Assembly (NCBI GenBank): GCA_032718475.1
Contig: JAUCBJ010006791.1
Location: forward strand, 1 to 64,000
Direction of reading: 5' to 3'
From: Nemertoderma westbladi
Lineage: Eukaryota; Animalia; Xenacoelomorpha
DNA: 64,000 bases
Shown here piece after piece: positions 60,187-64,000 of the stretch. The translations under genes were made by a program, and so were the position numbers. The first letter of the stretch is position 1; the number at the start of each line of letters is the position of its first letter. Below the pieces are notes generated by a model. The model was not told the DNA's origin. It did no database searches and saw only the letters and a list, made by a program, of their open reading frames with translations.

Positions 60187-60766
60187 TCAAGATTTACATC
60201 TGAATATTTCGATTAATTGTTTACGAAATAACTTTGAGCTCAAAATGTAAAGATAAAAATTGATGCCCTCATTTGCTCCAAATGCACACTCTGCCCCAAC
60301 ACGCATCAATCGCTGGCTAGCAAAATGATCTGGATCCTCCATATCCAAATATAATGAAAAATATAATAATGTACCAGTAAGAGTGCAAAATATACAGAAA
60401 ATAACTGATACAAGTGGCAGAAGTACTGTTGTCTTATCTTCACTCTTTTCAGATTTATTTCCCTTTAAAGCTTTCAAATATTTTGCACGCTGCTGAAGCT
60501 TATATATAATGATACCATTGAGAATAAAGATAGTGACACATGGTGTGATAAGGAACGTTGTAACTGTGAGTGAATAGAAATATACGTCAAAACTTGACAA
60601 TGGAAACCATTGTTCAATGCCACAAGCATCGCCAACTTTAGTGAATATGATTGCATTTCCAATACAAGCACAATACACAAGAAATATGATGAGCACACTG
60701 ACCCTCTTAGCTCTCTTTATGGTACAAAATTCCTGAGCCTTCAGTGGAAACGTACAATAAATGAAT
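60187..60766 (-). CDS. Rhodopsin-class peptide-receptor-like GPCR, last exon (end of TM3 to TM7)
   Basis: Acceptor ttatttctAG; (R)FIYCTFPLKA, P..IFILNGIII, NEGINFYLYILSSKLFR; stop at 60187; phase matches the upstream exon. Confidence 0.85.
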
Positions 60767-61199
60767 CTAGAAATAATAAAATAAAATTTATAGTATAGAT
60801 AAGATGCATAACTAAAACTATAACAGGATAAAATCACCTATTTATATAATCCTATTCAATCACCTAATGTTGTTATAATATAACAAATATGTGCTGTTTC
60901 ATTTTTATAATAATATAATGTATATATATAATATATAATATAATATAATAGTTGTATAATATATAATATTATGTATTATATTGTAACTTATTAACAATAA
61001 TAGTAAAACGTTGAAGTATTTTGGTGTATTTAACGGCTACTTTCTCCAAATGTATCAAAGAAAAGCTCAAAAATGATTTATATATCTTTATAATATTTAA
61101 TTCAATAATTAATAGGCTATCTTAATGAAGAGCAACATATGGATATTATTACAACAAAATAAAAATCCGATTTACGAAATTCAGAGCAATTCTGAAGTT

Positions 61200-62965
61200 C
61201 TACTACTATGATCGGCATGCTGCATTGCAGCTGCATTTTTAAGAATGCTGTGCCGGCTTATCGACAAAATTGCACCGCCACAACTCCCTATCACCCATGA
61301 CATTTGCTAGATCATCCGCATCTTCAAGTCCAGTGTCCTTTAAGAAGCTTCTCAAGAAAGTCATGGGCTGTCCACCATGCTTATTCACTCCATGAGGCTG
61401 CCAAAGTACAAGATTATGCACTGGCTGGTCCTCACGGCGAAAGCAATGTCCTGCAAAGCGGAGGTGATTTTGTTCTAGTGTCAAGCTTGGGGGAACCAAT
61501 GAGACACCTCCAATGTTATATAGTGTCTGGTTGGAGATGTGTGCATTGTACTTGACACAATGAACCCGGCGTAGCATTCATGTGAAAGTGCCATCCAGAG
61601 ATTTGGTGTCCTCAGCAGTTAGAGCCCAGCATGGACTCCCATAGAGGAGTACTGGAACTACTGCTGCTCTAAATAATCGGACCTTAAGTTTCCGATTAAT
61701 TCTCGATAACTTCCAAATCCTGGAAAGCCTATTCAAGGCTGCCCATGCCTTTCCCTTACGTATTCGAAGGTCCTCATCTGACTTCCGGATCCATGATCCC
61801 AGGTAACAGAAGTCATCCACATGCTCAAGCATACCATCTTTTGAGCTTATGCTCATCCGATCAGATACTTGCTGAGGACTTTCAAAGTTAACTGTCAAAA
61901 TGTTGGTCTTTCTGGAGTTAATAAAAAGACCAACACTAGAAGCAGCATGTTCTAATGAGCTGAGGTGCCGTTGGGCTGCCTCTAGTGATTCTGAGAGTAC
62001 TCCTAAGTCATCAGCAAAGTCTAGATCAGTTAGGCACTTGGCAGGATTTCCTCGACTTCTGGAGCCAGTAGTATCACCACATCATCATTATGATGATCTA
62101 AAGACATGCGTAGAACATAGTCAACAACAATTATGAACAAGAATGGTGCAAGTGTGTCTCCCTGGAGGACGCCCCATAACATTTCAAATGGTTCTGTGTC
62201 ACCGTCAACAGTAGACACAAATGTTGTCGAACCATCGTATACTGATCTGATTGCTGCAATAATTTCATCAGGAATCCCATATAATGAAAGTATGCTGAAC
62301 ATACGTGAGCGAGAGACTGAATCAAAGGCCTTGAAGAAGTCAACAAAGATAACAGCCAGATGCCTGTCTTTCTTTTTTGATAACTCTTCAATTATCCTTC
62401 TAAGTGCCAAAATGGGCTCCATGGTCCCACGACCTTTACGGAACCCATTCTGATTTCCACGGAGCAGTCTCTCAATGGGATCCCTGATGCGATTTAATAG
62501 AATTCTATTGTATAGCTTTGCAGCAATCGACATCAATGAGATTCCCCGAAAAGAACCATAGAGTGTTAGGTTGCCCTTCTTGGGAACTGGCACCAACTGA
62601 TTTGTTTTCATTTCTTGTGGGACTCTTGTTGTTCGGTACATGTCTACTATGATGGGATAGATGAGCTTTAAACACTCAGGTATTTTAAAGACCTCAGGGG
62701 GAACACCATCTACTCCACTGGCACGATTGGTCTTAATGCTCTTTGCAGCAGCCTTCACTTCTGCAAAGTAGATATCACCAATGGGAATATCTGGGAGTAC
62801 AGACTCAAGACACTTTTACTTCTATAAAGTTATCAGGAAATACCCTGTCATTATTGAGGAGCTTTTCAAAGTGGGCCTTCCAACCATTGAGGTGATCGGC
62901 TGGTGATTCAGCCTTAACCTTGGTGGTTGGTTGGCTTTTTCGACCAGCAAGCAAGTTGATCGATC
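61200..62965 (-). mobile_element. RTE-clade LINE, 5'-truncated and mutated, inside the GPCR intron
   Basis: RT motifs (FRGISLMS, QNGFRKGR, FVDFFKAFDSV, GVLQGDTLAPFLF, FADD, FCYLGS) in broken ORFs; (TAG)n tail at 61200. Confidence 0.9.
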
Positions 62966-63588
62966 GTCACAACTTGCTGTAAAGCTGGTAATTTCCTTAA
63001 TGAATAAAGGTAAGTCTGATGATGTATCCTCTCTCACCAACGAACAACTCCTGGAACTAGACCCTGATCCAATATGTCTAGAAAATAGAAAATTCATCCA
63101 TAAACGAAGTTCCCTCGTCTTTGGGAACTCTATTGTACCCCTCAGCAGCTAACTAGTAATACTTGGCTATAGACTTCACCCTACAGTCACATTCCTGTAA
63201 AATGATTCTCTTCAAAAAAATTAAGATGCTCTCACAAATGTTTCAAAAAGGGATAAAAACTGATTAGCCCATAATTTTGTACAGCTTACAATTGAACATA
63301 GGATGAAAATATCGCGAGTAAAATTTTGTGAGTTTGAAAAATATCGCGAGTAAAAATATTGTGAGTAATAATAATATATTGTGAGTAAAACTCGTTATAA
63401 TATTTAGAATAAAACACATGTTAGTGCCATAATTCTTAAATAAACAGTTATGATATTGTAATAAATGAGGGGCAAAGAGAGGGGAACCCATGTTTGCTTC
63501 TGGTGTAGCGCATTTCACCTTCACTGATAACTATATTCATTACTTAACTCCTTTATATTGTATTGTATTTATTTATTGAATTACCTAC

Positions 63589-63767
63589 CTGTCAATAGTT
63601 ACAGCAACTAAAATCCATGAAGATGCCATAGATGACCCCCAGTTGTGGACCATGCTAATTTTGCAGGTCAATATAGAAAAAGCTTCAGTTACAATTCCCA
63701 ACAAAGGCAATGGCATTGATATAACTGCATCCCATATAAGACTAACAGTATCAGTAACTGCCAGAAT
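63589..63767 (-). CDS. Same GPCR, internal exon (TM2-TM3)
   Basis: Not in the ORF track. tttttgttAG|ATT...GAC AG|GTAGGT; 179 nt reading ILAVTDTVSLIWD...TCKIS...ASSWILVAVTID-R; splices in phase 2 to 60766 to give DRF. Confidence 0.85.
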
Positions 63768-64000
63768 CTAACAAAAATAAATAAATTTATTAAGATATTT
63801 GCTATTGACCATGCCTGTTCACCTCCAATGGTGTTCTTCCACAGTCCACCGTAAACCCTATAATATAATTAATTCCCTTAATTCGATTAGAAAGTAATAT
63901 AGTACTTGCATCATCAATACGATTATAATTAAAAAAATAATGAAAGGCACAATTTTAGGCCATATTTACTTTCATAATTTTTCAACACGATTATAAACAG

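Noticed and set aside
60767-60837. N-terminal part of the 216-aa ORF
   Set aside because: Intronic sequence upstream of the splice acceptor at 60767-60768.

Overview
Eukaryotic, AT-rich, invertebrate-like, repeat-dense window with no prokaryotic genes or CRISPR array. Left to right: (A) a truncated minus-strand non-autonomous BEL/Pao element (1-3722); a 48-bp satellite (3723-25193) split by (B) a young, intact plus-strand BEL/Pao LTR retrotransposon (10329-20977, TSD GTTGG); (C) a 13-kb minus-strand non-autonomous BEL/Pao element of the same family as A (25194-38217) encoding Gag-protease only plus an orphan ORF; an L2/CR1-type LINE whose ORF2 linker holds an in-frame elastin-like minisatellite; a 51-bp hairpin satellite; a decayed BEL/Pao element with nested RTE, L2, Academ and MITE insertions; and two exons of a host rhodopsin-class GPCR with an intronic RTE. 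Most interesting: (1) neither B nor C has a tRNA primer-binding site; each has instead an 11-12 nt sequence next to the 5' LTR that is complementary to a site inside its own LTR, suggesting Tf1-like self-priming in BEL/Pao; (2) B separates gag and pol by one in-frame UGA in the CUAG readthrough context followed by a perfect 10-bp hairpin; (3) three BEL insertions abut the same 48-bp satellite. All alignments and counts were made by eye.
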